Shown one piece after another: positions 1 to 12,347 of a DNA stretch of 64,000 nucleotides. This DNA is from Octopus vulgaris (taxonomy: Eukaryota): contig OX597816.1 in assembly GCA_951406725.2 (NCBI GenBank), forward strand, positions 71,734,001 to 71,798,000, read 5' to 3'. Position 1 is the first letter of the stretch. Each line of letters starts with the position of its first letter. Below the pieces are notes generated by a model that was given only the letters and a program-made list of their open reading frames with translations, did no database searches and was not told the DNA's origin. Both the position numbers and the translations under genes were made by a program.

Positions 1-24
1 TTTACGGAAATCACTGAACAAATG

Positions 25-261
25 CAGGGTACAGCAGAAAGGTTGCTCCCGATTTCAAAGGTTAATAAATAAATAAAAACACATGAAGATACGAGAAAAA
101 ACGATGCTCTCCGCTCCAGGCCATGGTAGGCATTATCAAAAGCAGAAAAAACAAAATGGCATTTAATAAGCTTCATAGAAATACAAAGTTTTTTTATGCA
201 TCTTCATGTGTTTGTTTTTTATTAACCTTTGAAATCTGGGCAACATTTCTGCCGCACCTTG
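25..261. mobile_element. Tc1/mariner-type MITE with ~78-bp imperfect terminal inverted repeats
   Basis: 25-102 (cagggtacagcagaaaggttgctcccgatttcaaaggttaataaa...acacatgaagat) is the reverse complement of ~188-261 (atcttcatgtgt...ttattaacctttgaaatctgggcaacatttctgccgcaccttg). Right flank TA, left flank TG (likely a mutated TA). Confidence 0.7.
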
Positions 262-914
262 TACTTTCACTTTTAATATACTTTCTCCGAAAGATCACCT
301 CCTTGTTCGCATCATTTGTGTTATGTCTCACACCCCAGATTCCGTACCGGTATTCTTCTCCACAAATTACAGCTTCTCAGACTTTTCTCTTCACTCGTGT
401 CTTTCCATCAGATGTGATTGACACAAAAAAATGAACAAAAACAAAAAAACAACAATTTAGGTTGAACATTAATCATATAAATTTCAGCTATTACAGATAT
501 AAAAAAAATGCAGAAATCACTAATATTGTCCTTCCAGTCATGACTAATTAAGACAAGAAGAAAAGTTAATCACACACATTCTATACCTTGTTCATTACTA
601 TGCCTGTATTTACTGCACCCCCACACACACATACACACATCTAATACACTATATACGTACATTTATATGTGTGTGTTTGCATGTACGTATGCCCACACGC
701 GTGTGCGTATGTGTGTATGTAGTAATTAAAAAGTCTACCAAAATATTGATATTGTGAACGCATTCAATACGTACGTTCCAGATTACTTTTGCAAGAACAA
801 GAAATTCGTCTCTTACACAACTTTTTCAGTTATGTGTATGCAAAGGTGTGTGTGTGTGTGTGTGCACATGTATGTATGCACATATATACCTCTCTCTGTG
901 TATATATATACATA

Positions 915-2068
915 CAGTTGCGGCCAAAATGTTCAGAACGGCATTGTTTTCACCAGAAAAGTAGGTATAAGTTTTTATCAAAGTTGTTTTATGTCCTATA
1001 ATAAATACAATATTAATTGTTATTGTCTGAAATTTTGGTATAATTTGGGAGGATAATACAAAAGTTATGGATGATTTACTGATTTACTGCAAAACCCATG
1101 GCGGCCAAAATGATCAGAACGGTTGAAAAAATAACAAAATAATCAAAAATGACAGAGAATACTGGAATTATTTAATATTTAGTGTGAAGCCCTTTAGCTT
1201 CAATCACACTTTGACATCTTCGACTGCATGAGGAAATTAAATTTTCAATTTCTTGCTAGGTGATCTATATTCCATTCTTCCTGAAGGGCATTCCATAATT
1301 GCTCGATTGTTTTAGGATTTCTGGCTTTCGAACGTTCTCCTAGAATATTCCACACATATTCAATAGGATTGAGATCTGGGCTTTGAGCAGGCCAATCCAT
1401 AATAATAACCTTTTCAGCCTTGAGGAAGTTCATGACCACCTTAACCTTGTGACATGGGACATTGTCCTGCATGAATATGGGTGGTCGCTTAGTTGAATTT
1501 CTCAGCACAGGCAAGACATGATCTTTTACAAGTTGTTTATAAACTCCTGCATTTACCTTTCCATGTAATCGCATCAAAGGGCCCACACCATCTCCAGATA
1601 TCATCCTCCAAACCATGACACTTCCTCCACCGAATTTAACACTAGTCTTAAGTCATTTCGGTGACAATTTTTCACCTACTTTTCAATGAACGTACCTTTT
1701 TCCATCTGAGCCAAATAACATAAACTTAGATTCATCACTGAAATGCACCGTTTGCCATTTTTCTTGAGACCACAACACATGTTCGGTTGCAAAGGTAAGA
1801 CGACACTTTTTATTTTTGGAGCTGATCAGTGGCTTCACTGCAGATGATCTTGCTTGTAGGTTATGTTCAACTAAACGATGAGACACAGTTTTTCGAGATA
1901 ACGTTTTCTTCAGTACAATGCTCATTTCCCGAGAAACAGCAGCAGCAGTTTTAAATCTGTCCTTTTTAACCAACTTTACCATAGCACGATCTTCTCTCTT
2001 GGTCGTTTTTCTTGGCCTACCTGTAAACTTTCTTGCTTCACATGAACCACAATCATCGAAGACCTTAA
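915..2068 (-). mobile_element. Tc1-family (DD34E) DNA transposon, 5'-truncated, with IR/DR-type terminus
   Basis: TA|cagttgcggccaaaatgttcagaacgg terminus at 915, inner direct repeat gcggccaaaatgatcagaacgg at 1101-1122, transposase remnants on the minus strand. No second TIR. Confidence 0.9.
1172..2068 (-). pseudogene. Tc1 transposase pseudogene (frameshifts/stop)
   Basis: ORFs 1683-1982 (GRPRKTT upstream; VHFSDESKF) and 1245-1616 (FMQDNVPCH...WPAQSPDLNPIE, 34 residues between D and E). C-terminus SRRCQSVIEAKGLHTKY* ends at 1172 in a shifted frame. Confidence 0.92.
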
Positions 2069-2069
2069 G

Positions 2070-2175
2070 AAAAAGTCTTTAACGTTTCGAGCCTACGCCC
2101 TTCCACAGAAAGGACCACAGAAAGAAAAAGGGAGAGAAAATAAAGAATGTGTTGTGGCTAGCGATCTAGAATGGA
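2070..2175 (-). mobile_element. Penelope-like terminal-repeat fragment
   Basis: Reverse complement (ctttctgtggaagggcgtaggctcgaaacgttaaagact) matches 27318-27358, the repeat preceding the PLE RT. Confidence 0.6.
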
Positions 2176-2510
2176 TGAAGTTCAAATCAGGCAGACAAGG
2201 ATTAACACATACAAATGCGGGTTTAGTTTAGGGTAAAATGAGAATTATCCAAACCGAAATATATATTGATATATTATAGATATAAAAATATATGAATACT
2301 AAAAATATACATGGACATATAGGTATATAGAGATATAAACATACTAATAATAGAGTATAGATAAAATAGTGAAATAAAAAAAAAACTTTTTTAAAAGATT
2401 TTATAATATGGCTTAGTAATAGGCATTAAAAAGAGTTTGGGGTTACATGTTAAATGAAATAGAGTTTTCCGACGATCGATTCTGGAGCTCGTCCCTAAGA
2501 AAATTATAAC

Positions 2511-2571
<61 letters not shown>

Positions 2572-2576
<5 letters not shown>

Positions 2577-2790
2577 CTTACTCTTTACTCTTTTACTTGC
2601 TTCAGTCATTTGACTGTGGCCATGCTGGAGCACCGCCTTTATTCGAGCAAATCGACCCCCAGGACTTATTCTTTGTAAGCCTAGTACTTATTCTATCGAT
2701 CTCCTTTGCCGAACCGCTAAATGACGGGGATGTAAACACACCAGCATCGGTTGTCAAGCGATGGTAAGGGGAAAAACAGACACACAAACA
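2572..2790 (-). mobile_element. SINE-B 3' half
   Basis: Matches the 3' half of the full copy at 23542-24073 (ggcggtgctccagcatggcc...tgactgaa...gtaaaagag tail). Confidence 0.85.
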
Positions 2791-2808
2791 TACACACACA
2801 TACATACA

Positions 2809-2873
<65 letters not shown>

Positions 2874-2874
2874 T

Positions 2875-3902
2875 CTAGCATTATGACCCGTCGTTGCCGG
2901 GCCATAGTACTAGTGCATGTATATATGTGTATATATATGTGTACACATTACATGTACATCTATATATATATATACATCTACACATAAAATACAAAATACA
3001 AAGTTATATCTTGATATCGCTAGTGATAACAATACTCAAAATATATAACAGACTGGAATTGTAAGCCCGTCTCTTGCAATTTCGATCAATTGTATCTTGT
3101 CCTCCCTCTTGTATAGAAGTGTGGCTACAATCCAGCCTACCTCTACTTCTTGGGGGGGGGGGGCATTTTAAATTTTTATCTGGCACATCCTACGTCCCAG
3201 ATATAAAGGTAAAAATAAAATATTTCCACTTTGCAAGTTCGAGTCGAGTACTCGCTTGCACGCTCCGTTGACTCGAACCTTGCTTCTATTGTGGCGAATT
3301 TACCGCCTCTGGTTAGATATCTTTTATAGTCGCACCAAGACACTTTTCGATGGTGCTTTCCTCCAGGTGTTCAAATCTTCTTTTTTCTCTACATTGTATA
3401 CTTTATAGACAATAGTCCTTTCTTTAATTTAATTTTTTATTATCCATCTGGAATATTCCATTTCTGTACGCTAATTATATTTTTAATTTATTCCCATTCA
3501 TGTGAAACCACTTATTCAAGTTCAAATCATTGATGCAATTTTATACCAATTGCTATTTTTACTTTTGTATGTTACGATTATATTATACTTTAGTTTGATT
3601 TTAATTATTACTTACTACATATAATTCAATTGTTATTATTATTTTTATTGTTAAAGTGAAAGCATCTGACATAAAATAAATATTTTTGTTTCACTTTTAA
3701 CAAGTAATACTGAAATAGTGGAGAAGATATGATATTGCTATGGGCTCGCTCTAGGCAAGAAGTTGAACTTGTTTTTGTCCATGAAACTACATGGACCCTA
3801 AGTAAAGCATGTATAAAATTTGAATGAAATTGGTTGTGTAGTTCTCAAGTTTTAGGGAAACATACAGACAGACACACATTCTCAGTTTTATATATATAAA
3901 GA
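2875..3902 (-). mobile_element. Non-autonomous Helitron-like element
   Basis: Minus strand begins A|TCTTTATATATATAAAACTGAG at 3902 and ends with cccggcaacgacggg hairpin + tcataatgCTAG at 2875. The 3' end is homologous to 60637-60681 and the 5' end to 27028-27254. That both ends belong to one element is inferred. Confidence 0.65.
3050..3430 (-). pseudogene. Decayed ORF1-like fragment of a non-LTR retrotransposon (L1/Tx1-like)
   Basis: Frameshifted translation KERTIVYKVYN..FEHLEESTIEKCL..RYLTRGGKFATIEARFES..LQSGNILFLPLYLGRRMCQIKI..PQEVEVGWIVATLL resembles LINE ORF1 RRM-like regions; assignment from memory. Confidence 0.5.
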
Positions 3903-4577
3903 TGTATGTATGTATGTATGTATGTATGTATGTATGTATGTGTGTATGTATGTATGTATGTATGTATGTATGTATTTATGTATGCATGTATGTATATATG
4001 CATGCATGTATATATGTATGTATATATATATAATTGCTGCTTTGAAGTAGTACCTACCACTTAATTTTTACCATTGCACATCTCTTAAACTTGGCTTACT
4101 GTTTCTTGGTCATTCGTAATTGTGTGTGTGTGCGTGTGCACGCGTTTGTGTCTTTAATGTGCTTGATTTTTTTTTTTGGTTTTTTTAAGTGTTTTTTCCG
4201 CACTTCGTCATTTTCTTTTTCTTTTTGTTACGCTTAATTATATCATAAAGCATGCTTCATTGAAGGTCACGGCATCTGTGTGAGGCTTAAATGTCCGTGT
4301 TAACATTTAAGTAACCTTACCAGGCACTCACACAACCACCACCAGAATATTTTGAGTCAATGAAACAGTCTCTACCTGGTCGTCCGGTCTACAAGAAATA
4401 GCAGCCAAAACCCCATCCTACACGCTAGTGTCTTTAAAAAACGCATATCCCATTGTTACCTACTCTACATTAAAACCAGAAACCAACTCTGACCCCCACT
4501 ACAGCAAAATAAAAAGGGAACTCGATGATTCTCCTTAATCGTAGAAATAGTCCATAACATTATAAGATATATGTATA

Positions 4578-4766
4578 CCGTATCTTAATGTGTATAAGGA
4601 ACCATTGTGTATTAGGAACCCCCTAATTAGGGGGGAGGGGCTTAAAATTTGGAAAAAAGCCTTTGTAAAGGATTATAATACTATTCATGTATAAGAAACT
4701 CCCTAATTTTTAAACCTAATTTTTGACAAAAAAAAAGTGGGTTTCCTTATACACGTTAAAATACGG
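4578..4766. mobile_element. pogo/Tc2-like MITE
   Basis: TA|ccgtatcttaatgtgtataagga ... tccttatacacgttaaaatacgg|TA: ~25-bp TIRs with TA duplication. Confidence 0.85.
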
Positions 4767-5020
4767 TATGTCATATGTGCATTACCCATTTTCCATCTTC
4801 GATCTCGTTTGCATCAGGCGTCACGGATACGAAACTTCGTAACAAAATCAGTACTGGTTATAATTTCTACAGGAAATCTGTAGCGTTAATCTAAACGAGT
4901 AATGTAAGGGCACTGCTAACACAGTAGAACATGGTATTGACTTATAAACACGTTTAATATACTTTGCAGTATATTATGATTGCATAATGAAATACGGTGT
5001 CCCTGCTCGTCATAAATATT

Positions 5021-5431
5021 CTTTTCTACTCTAGGCATAAGGCCTCCCCCCTCTCGCCGAAATTTTGGGGTAGGGGGCCAGTCGATTAGATCGTCCCTAG
5101 TGTGCAACGAGCATTTAATTTATCGACCTCGAAAGGATGAAAGGTAAAGTCGACCTCGGCGGAATTTGAACTCAGAACGTAGCGGCAGACGAAATACCTA
5201 TTTCTTTACTACCCACAAGGGGCTAAACACACAGAAGGACAAACAAGGACAGACAAACGGATTAAGTCGATTACATCGACCCCCAGTGCGTAACTGACAC
5301 TTAATTTATCGACTCCGAAAGGATGAAAGGCAAAGTCGACCTCGGCGGAATTTGAACTCAGAACGTAAAAACAGACGAAATACCGCTAAGTATTTCGCTC
5401 GGCGTGCTAACGTTTCTGCCAGCTCACCGCC
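5021..5431 (-). mobile_element. SINE-A dimer (head + tail A, then head-less unit + tail B)
   Basis: tRNA-like head with gagttcaaattcc B box, two bodies, junction aaagaaataGGTATttcgtc. tcataaatatt duplicated at 5010-5020 and 5439-5449. Confidence 0.9.
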
Positions 5432-5880
5432 TTATAAATCATAAATATTGAAGAATTAATATGTCCAGTAATGCAATCCTAGATACATTGATCAAAAAGA
5501 GAGAAAAGACATGCGAAATAGCTATCATTTTAACGGTTTTTCGCTGCAGATAGCTTTTGCCTGCCTTCCCTCCATAGTTTGATAAAAGAAAGTACCGTTC
5601 AAATATTGGGAACGATTTAATCGATTGACATTACACTCGCTCCTTGGATATAACTGTCTCCAGCCCTAGGAATCATAAGCACTTTTTTATAGCTTATAAG
5701 TGACCGCGATCACCAACATTCCCTCTGAACGGGACGTAAGTCCATCGCAAGGTTGATATTTTACAGCTGAGTTGATATTTTACTTCTGCGCAATGTGAAA
5801 CGAAGTGTTTTGTTCAAGTATTATTTGGATTATCATTAGTATTTTCATTAGTATTATCATTGTTATAATCAGTATTATTA

Positions 5881-6950
5881 AGGCGGCGAAAGGTGACGAG
5901 CTGGCAGAAACGTTAGCACGCCGGGCGAAATGTGTAGCTGTATTTCGTCCGCCGTTACGTTCTGAGTTCAAATTCCGCCGAGGTCAACTTTGCCTTTCAT
6001 CCTTTCGGGGTCGATTAAATAAGTACCAGTTACGCACTGGGGTCGATATAATCGACTTAATCCGTTTGTCTGTCCTTGTTTGTCCCCTCTGTGGGTAGCC
6101 CCTTGTGGGCAGTAAGGAAATAAGAAACGTTAGCACCCCAGGTAAATACTCGTCCGTCTTTACGTTCTGAGTTCAAATTCTGCCGAGGTCGAATTTACCT
6201 TTCATCATTTCATGGTCGATAAATTAAGTACCAGTGAAACACTTGGGTCGATGTAATCGACTAGTCCCCTCCCCCAAAATTTCAGGCCTTGTGCCTTTAG
6301 TTCAAAGGATTATTAAGGCAGCGAAATGCAGCGAGCTGGCAGAAACGTTAGCACGCCGGACAAAATACTTAGCGGCATTTCGTTCGTCTTTACGTTCTGA
6401 GTTCAAATTCCGCCGAGGTGGAATTTACCTTTTATTCTTTCGGGTCGATAAAATAAGCATTAATTGAGCACTGGGGCCGATGTAATCCACTTATCCCTAA
6501 CCCCTAACTCACTGGCCTTGTGCCAAAATTTGAACCCCATTATTAAGGCATCATACGGCGGTGAGCTGGCAGGATGGTGAGCGGGCCGGGCAAAATGCTC
6601 TGTAGCATTTCGTACGTCTTTATGTTCTGAGTTCAAATTCCGCCGGGATCGAATTCCCTTTCATTTTTTTCGGGGTCAATAAAATACGTACCAGCTGAGC
6701 ACTGGGGCCGATGTAATCGACTTAACTCCTCTCTTGAAATTGCTGGTCTTGCGCCAAAGTTTGAAACCCATTAAGGCAGTGAACCAGAAGAATCGTTAAA
6801 ACGCCAGCAAAATGCTTAACGGTATATCTTCTGTCTCTTTATGTTTTACGTCTGAATGCCATTCAACTTTACCATTCATCCTTTCGGGGTCGATAAATTA
6901 AGTACGAGTTCAGCACTGGAATCCATGTAATTGGATTTCTCCTTCCCTCA
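5881..6950 (+). mobile_element. Cluster of ~5 same-orientation SINE-A copies
   Basis: Repeated gagctggcagaaacgttagc heads and gcctttcatcctttcggggtcgat cores, progressively more degenerate to the right. Confidence 0.9.
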
Positions 6951-7377
6951 AAATGGAATCAGTTTTACGGTCTTGCAATTGTGAAATCATTATCATCCTA
7001 AGATCTAGGCCACGTTCCTTGTCGACCAAAACCCTCTCTCTATAATTGGTGGTTTTGTGTCAAAATTTGAAACATTTAATCACGATAAGTCAAAAGTCCC
7101 TTGAACATCAATATAAACTGGTTAACAATTGAGGCCAGTTCAGATTATTTGAGGTCAGGCACACTCCTTAATGTATGTGTCGTCTTGCTACCCTCTATCT
7201 CTTGCTTACCCTTTACTTCCTCACACTTCACCTCATACTTCACTCACTTTCTTACTGCATTCCGTAAACCTCCTCGACTTCATTTCTCCCATTGACTCCT
7301 AGAATTAGCAATTAAATCTCTCTTAAATCGCAACTATATTCTTTAAAGAGGATGGAAACATTAGATAATGTAGTCCG

Positions 7378-7457
<80 letters not shown>

Positions 7458-7775
7458 TTGCTACCTAACTCAGATACCAGGAAACCCCAAAATGGCAGAA
7501 ATTCAAAAGATAGTGCTCATGGGAACTGCTCACATCCTACGCAAAATACTCTCTATGTAATCCCAAGGTTTAAAGCAAACTTTTTTTTTTTTTTTTTTAT
7601 TTTTTATTATTTTTTTTTATTTTATTTTTATGTATTAGACATTCACTAGTACAACACCAAAAAAAAAAAAAAAACCCCAAATATATGGCACAGAACTTCC
7701 AACCTGTTGTCTCTTGAGGTCTCTGGGTGAGACTTGGAGCCAACTTGTACAGACATAAAGCAAAAGTCAAACATA

Positions 7776-7776
<1 letters not shown>
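7458..7776 (+). mobile_element. 5'-truncated R4/Dong-like LINE 3' end within (TAA)n
   Basis: Translates CYLTQIPGNPKMAEIQKIVLMGTAHILRKILSM* (C-terminus typical of R4/Dong RLE elements), then a 3' UTR. (TAA)n on both sides (7379-7457 and 7777-7840). Confidence 0.8.
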
Positions 7777-7839
<63 letters not shown>

Positions 7840-7841
7840 AA

Positions 7842-8060
7842 TTTCACTTTATTTGCCACTAGGACGAAGGATGAGGGGACAGCGAGGGAGGTGGAAGCCA
7901 ATTACATCGATTCCAGTGCTGAACTGATACTTATTTTAATCCCGAAAGGTTGAAATGCAAAGTCAACCTCTGCGGCATTTGCAGCTTAGAGCTTAAAGGT
8001 ACGAAAGAAATACCGCTAAGCATTTCGCTTGGCATTCTAACGCTTCTGCCGGTTCGTTGC
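7842..8060 (-). mobile_element. Degenerate SINE-A
   Basis: cccgaaaggttgaaatgcaaagtcaacctc...gaaataccgctaagcatttcg...aacgcttctgcc. Confidence 0.75.
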
Positions 8061-8756
8061 TTTAATAATGATAATACAAACAATACAAATAATATTAACA
8101 TGGATGATCATGGCTATATATCATGGCTGATCAAGTGACGTAGCAAGCGTTCTTAACATCCGGGAAGATCAAAGACATTTTTGGCGCCCCTCTTTAATTA
8201 TCAAACATGCCCTTCGTACCTGCGACCGAAAGCGAGTGCTCGCCCTCACTACGCTTTTGTTCTTTCTCTGGATTGGTCTTGGTATGTTAAGCAACATCAT
8301 CATCATCAACAACAACAACAACACCAACAACAACAACAACAACAGGAAATACAAGTTTTGAGTTTTCAAAAATTGCCAATTATCGTAGCTGCTTTTTAAC
8401 TTTAGGTAAACTCTGTTTGAAAAAAAGATTTATGCATGATGAGTCATTCCAGTTATACCTATCCCATCTCTTTATATATATATAATTATTTGAGGGAATA
8501 TTAATCCAAACTTACAGGGAAAAAAAAATTCAATTTAGTAATACTAAATCAAATTTCACACAATATAATATATATATATATATATAAAAATGAGAAAAAA
8601 ACACCTTTTATCAATTCAAAATGAACAATTAAATTACACCATCTACAAAAATACATATAATAGAAATGTTAAAATTAAAATAACAATAAAATATCAATAA
8701 TTAAGTAAATTGCAAAAAAAAACATAAGAACGTTTATAATTGGTAGAATAATTGGT

Positions 8757-9035
8757 ATACTCTTTACTCTTTTACTCTTTTATTTGTTTCAGTCATTTGA
8801 CTGTGGCCATGCTGGAGCACCGCCTTTAGTCGAGCAAATCGACCCCAGGACTTATTCTTTGTAAGCCTAGTACTTATTCTATCGGTCTCTTTTGCCGAAC
8901 CGCTAAGTTGCGGGGACGTAAACACACCAGCATCGGTTGTCAGGCGATGTTGGGGGGACAAACACAGACACACAAAGATATACACACATATATATATATA
9001 CATATATACGACGGGCTTCTTTCAGTTTCCGTCTA
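8757..9035 (-). mobile_element. SINE-B, 5'-truncated
   Basis: High identity to the 3' two-thirds of 23542-24073. Confidence 0.88.
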
Positions 9036-9078
<43 letters not shown>

Positions 9079-9397
9079 CATGCATACGTATATATGTATG
9101 TATGTATATAAATATATGTCGGGTTTCATTGGCTAAAGTGTGTTTCCATGTCTACATCGATGGGGTGTCATTTGATACAATATGCCTGGTATTTCTTGCA
9201 GGTCGAGCAACCGCTTAGAGACGCCTTCGTTTTGTAGGGCAGCAGGTTGGTGGCTGGGTGGTAAACTGTTAACTTACTAACGTACTATGATAGTAATGTA
9301 GTAGTTACTATGTAACTAGTTTAGATGTAAGGTCAAATGTCAATATGGGGAAAGCGAAAACAAATGTCACGATTTCATACACACAAATAGGTCGTTC

Positions 9398-9427
9398 TCA
9401 TATATATATATATATATATATATACAT

Positions 9428-9510
<83 letters not shown>

Positions 9511-9527
9511 ATATAGATAGATATACA

Positions 9528-9591
<64 letters not shown>

Positions 9592-9617
9592 ATATAGATA
9601 GATATACATATATGTAT

Positions 9618-9669
<52 letters not shown>

Positions 9670-10552
9670 TCTATATAATTCATATATCTATAGATAGATA
9701 GATAGATAGATAGACAGATATACATATATATGCATGTATGTATATATACATACATGCATATATACATATATATATATGTATATGTATGTATGTATACACA
9801 TATATACACATATATATATAGGTTAGTCTGGGTAATTGATGTGGCACACAGATCAGTGGAACAAAGAGGTGAAGTTGAAGAGATATACATGAACGGCAGA
9901 CAAGAATGAAATATGTTTGTTCTGTCAAACACCATTATCATCATCATCATCATCATCAACAACAATAACAACAGCAACAGCAACAACAACAGCAACAACA
10001 ACACTAAGCGAACCTGTTTGTGCTGGTGAACGAAACACCACGTTCCGCTATTTCAACATCATCATCAATCAACTTCCTCCTCTTCCCCATCCCCCACCTT
10101 CATCATCATCATCATCAACATCAATGGCATCATTGCTGTCGTCATCATCATCATCATCATCATCAACTCCCAAATGACTAGCAAGCACCAACACCACTGC
10201 CGCCACTATCACCACTACCTCCATCATCAACGCCACTTCCACCACCACCACCACCACCACCACCATCACCAAAACCACCACCACCATCATTATCACCACC
10301 ACCACCACCACCACCACCACTACCACCACCACCACCACCATCACCACCACCATCACCACCACCGCCACCGCCACTACCACCACCACTACTATCATACCAT
10401 GACTCTCATTTTCGTCCCTATAATCATCATTACCACCATCACCGCCGTCGACACCACCTTCGTTACTATGATCATCATCAACCATACCATCCACGCCATC
10501 TTCCCCACGGCCATCATCATCATCATCCTTATCATTACCACTACACCCACTC
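9398..10552. repeat. Compound microsatellite field: (TA)n, (GATA)n, (CAT)n, (CAA)n, (CAC)n
   Basis: Directly visible; explains the poly-YI/H/V/D ORFs. Confidence 0.95.
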
Positions 10553-11054
10553 ATGTTTTTTGGGGTTTTTTCCTAAAATAGATTTTTGAAACAAATTGCA
10601 ATAAAGATCAACTTCGTAGACTGCGAATCCTTTTTAAAAAAATTCCCCCAGGTTAGGAGTGGAGAAATTAAGGGGTTATAACCTTCCCCTTGCATCCTGA
10701 GTGAATGTTGATGAGAATTCCAGTCTGAAGATTTATACACATCGCACTTCTATTCTGTGCAGCTTCACACAGAAAGGCCCCTACGTGGACGTTCGGCTGC
10801 TTGAAAAAGGAACCTAAATATCTTCATAACACTCTTTACCGTCTTTAAAAAATGACGCACTGAATAGTGCCTTGTATGCGTAATAGACAGGAAGGTCGTG
10901 GATGGAATAGTTTTGATCATAGTTAGCTTAACCAGAGCTAGTCGGGGTCTAAGCTACTCCACAGTCCCCAACAAAAGTAGCCTGAGCTTTTCAAGTAAAC
11001 ACGATTCTAAATGATTGAAGTAAGATTTCTATGGAAACTCCACATATAGGTACA

Positions 11055-11420
11055 GGCGCAGGTGCAGGTGTAGCTATGTAGTAAGAAGCTTGCTTCCCAA
11101 CCACATGATACCAGGTTCAGTTCCACTGCGTGGCACCTTGGTCTCGGACCGACCAAAGCCTTGTAAGTGGATTTGGTAGACAGAAACTGAAAGCTTGTCG
11201 TATGTGTGTGTGTGTGTGTATGTTTGCCCGCCCGATATCGCTCAACAACCGATACTGGTATGTTTAAGTCCCTGCAACTTAGCCGTTTGGCAAATGAGAC
11301 TGAGAGAATAAGTATTAGGCTTACAAAGAATAAGTTCTGGGGTCCATTTCTTCAACTAAAACCCTTTAAGGCGATGTCCCAGCATGGCCGCAGTCAAACG
11401 ACTAAAACAAGTAAAATAAT
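11055..11420 (+). mobile_element. SINE-B, near full length
   Basis: tRNA-like head (ggttcagttccactgcgtggcaccttgg), internal (TG)n, cagcatggccgcagtc...actaaaac tail. Confidence 0.85.
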
Positions 11421-11638
11421 AAAAAAAATACAATAAATACTAAACCATATATATTATTACTATAGAAACACCAACCGGTATAAATATGGAAACGAACTTT
11501 AGGTTGGTTAAAATATGTTTTTGACATATTTTAATTTCTGAAGGCAAATTCGCTCCCAGTTACCGTAGAGAAAAAATTTTCACTTATTGCAAAAGGCGTA
11601 AAAATTCCATATTTGCTCAAGTATCTTCCACTGGCGGA

Positions 11639-11681
11639 CTCCCAGGCGCGTTTCTGGTTCTTTAGCCTTCTTCAGTGGAAG
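11639..11681 (-). ncRNA. PLE-type minimal hammerhead ribozyme motif (mutated cleavage triplet)
   Basis: Minus strand CUUCCA-CUGAAGA-AGG(cuaaagaa)CCA-GAAAC-GC-GCC-UGGGAG: stem I, core and GAAA present; GCC in place of GUC. Confidence 0.55.
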
Positions 11682-12091
11682 ATAGTGAAGAGAGAAAACT
11701 TGAGCAAATTCTAAAGCCGTAGCTTTATCTTGAAACAACCGGTATCAAGGATTGATCTGTGCTCGCAGGTCGTTTATAGTACTTTTATTCTTTGTCACTG
11801 CTTGACGTTGATACCAGAGTATGAAAACCTCAAATATTATAACTATGGAAACCTATATACTAAATATGGAAGCGTTGATATTATAAATATGGAAACCCCA
11901 AATACTATAGATATGGAAACCGAAATACGATAAAAATAAAGGGCTTAATGCTATAAATATGGTAACTCAAATACAATAAACATGTAAGTCTAAATTCAAA
12001 AAATGCGTAAACCTTAATACTATAACTGTAGAAATCCAATTTCTGTAACTATGGAACCGTAAATATTATAAATATGGAAGCCTAAATACTA

Positions 12092-12347
12092 CAGGGTGTT
12101 CAAAAAGTCTCTCCGCAGTAAATACTTTATTGCAAAATATTTATAAGATGCTATAAGATTACAAAAGAATATATTTGACATTACAAGACTTTAAAATACT
12201 TTATAAGAGGTGTTGAAAGTGTCGTCCTTCCCTTTCAATACATAAGTTGACTCTTCTACACATGTTTTGAAATACATTTTGGACAGTCTAACGTGGTATG
12301 GACCGTGTGAAAAATATTCACTGCGGAGAAACGTTTTGAACATCCTG
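12092..12347 (-). mobile_element. mariner-derived MITE
   Basis: TA|cagggtgttcaaaaagtctctccgcagt ... actgcggagaaacgttttgaacatcctg|TA. Internal minus-strand remnant VFQNMCRRVNLCIEREGRHFQHLL* is a mariner C-terminus. Confidence 0.9.

Noticed and set aside
1-66. Exon end FTEITEQMQGTAERLLPISK|gt
   Set aside because: Sequence from 25 onward is the TIR of a MITE.
2455-2500. gacgagctcc...ggaaaactc hammerhead-like remnant (minus strand)
   Set aside because: Core start and stem I missing; too degenerate to call.
9917-10581. His/Asp-rich protein exon
   Set aside because: Mixed trinucleotide microsatellites open in several frames on both strands; no splice or domain support.
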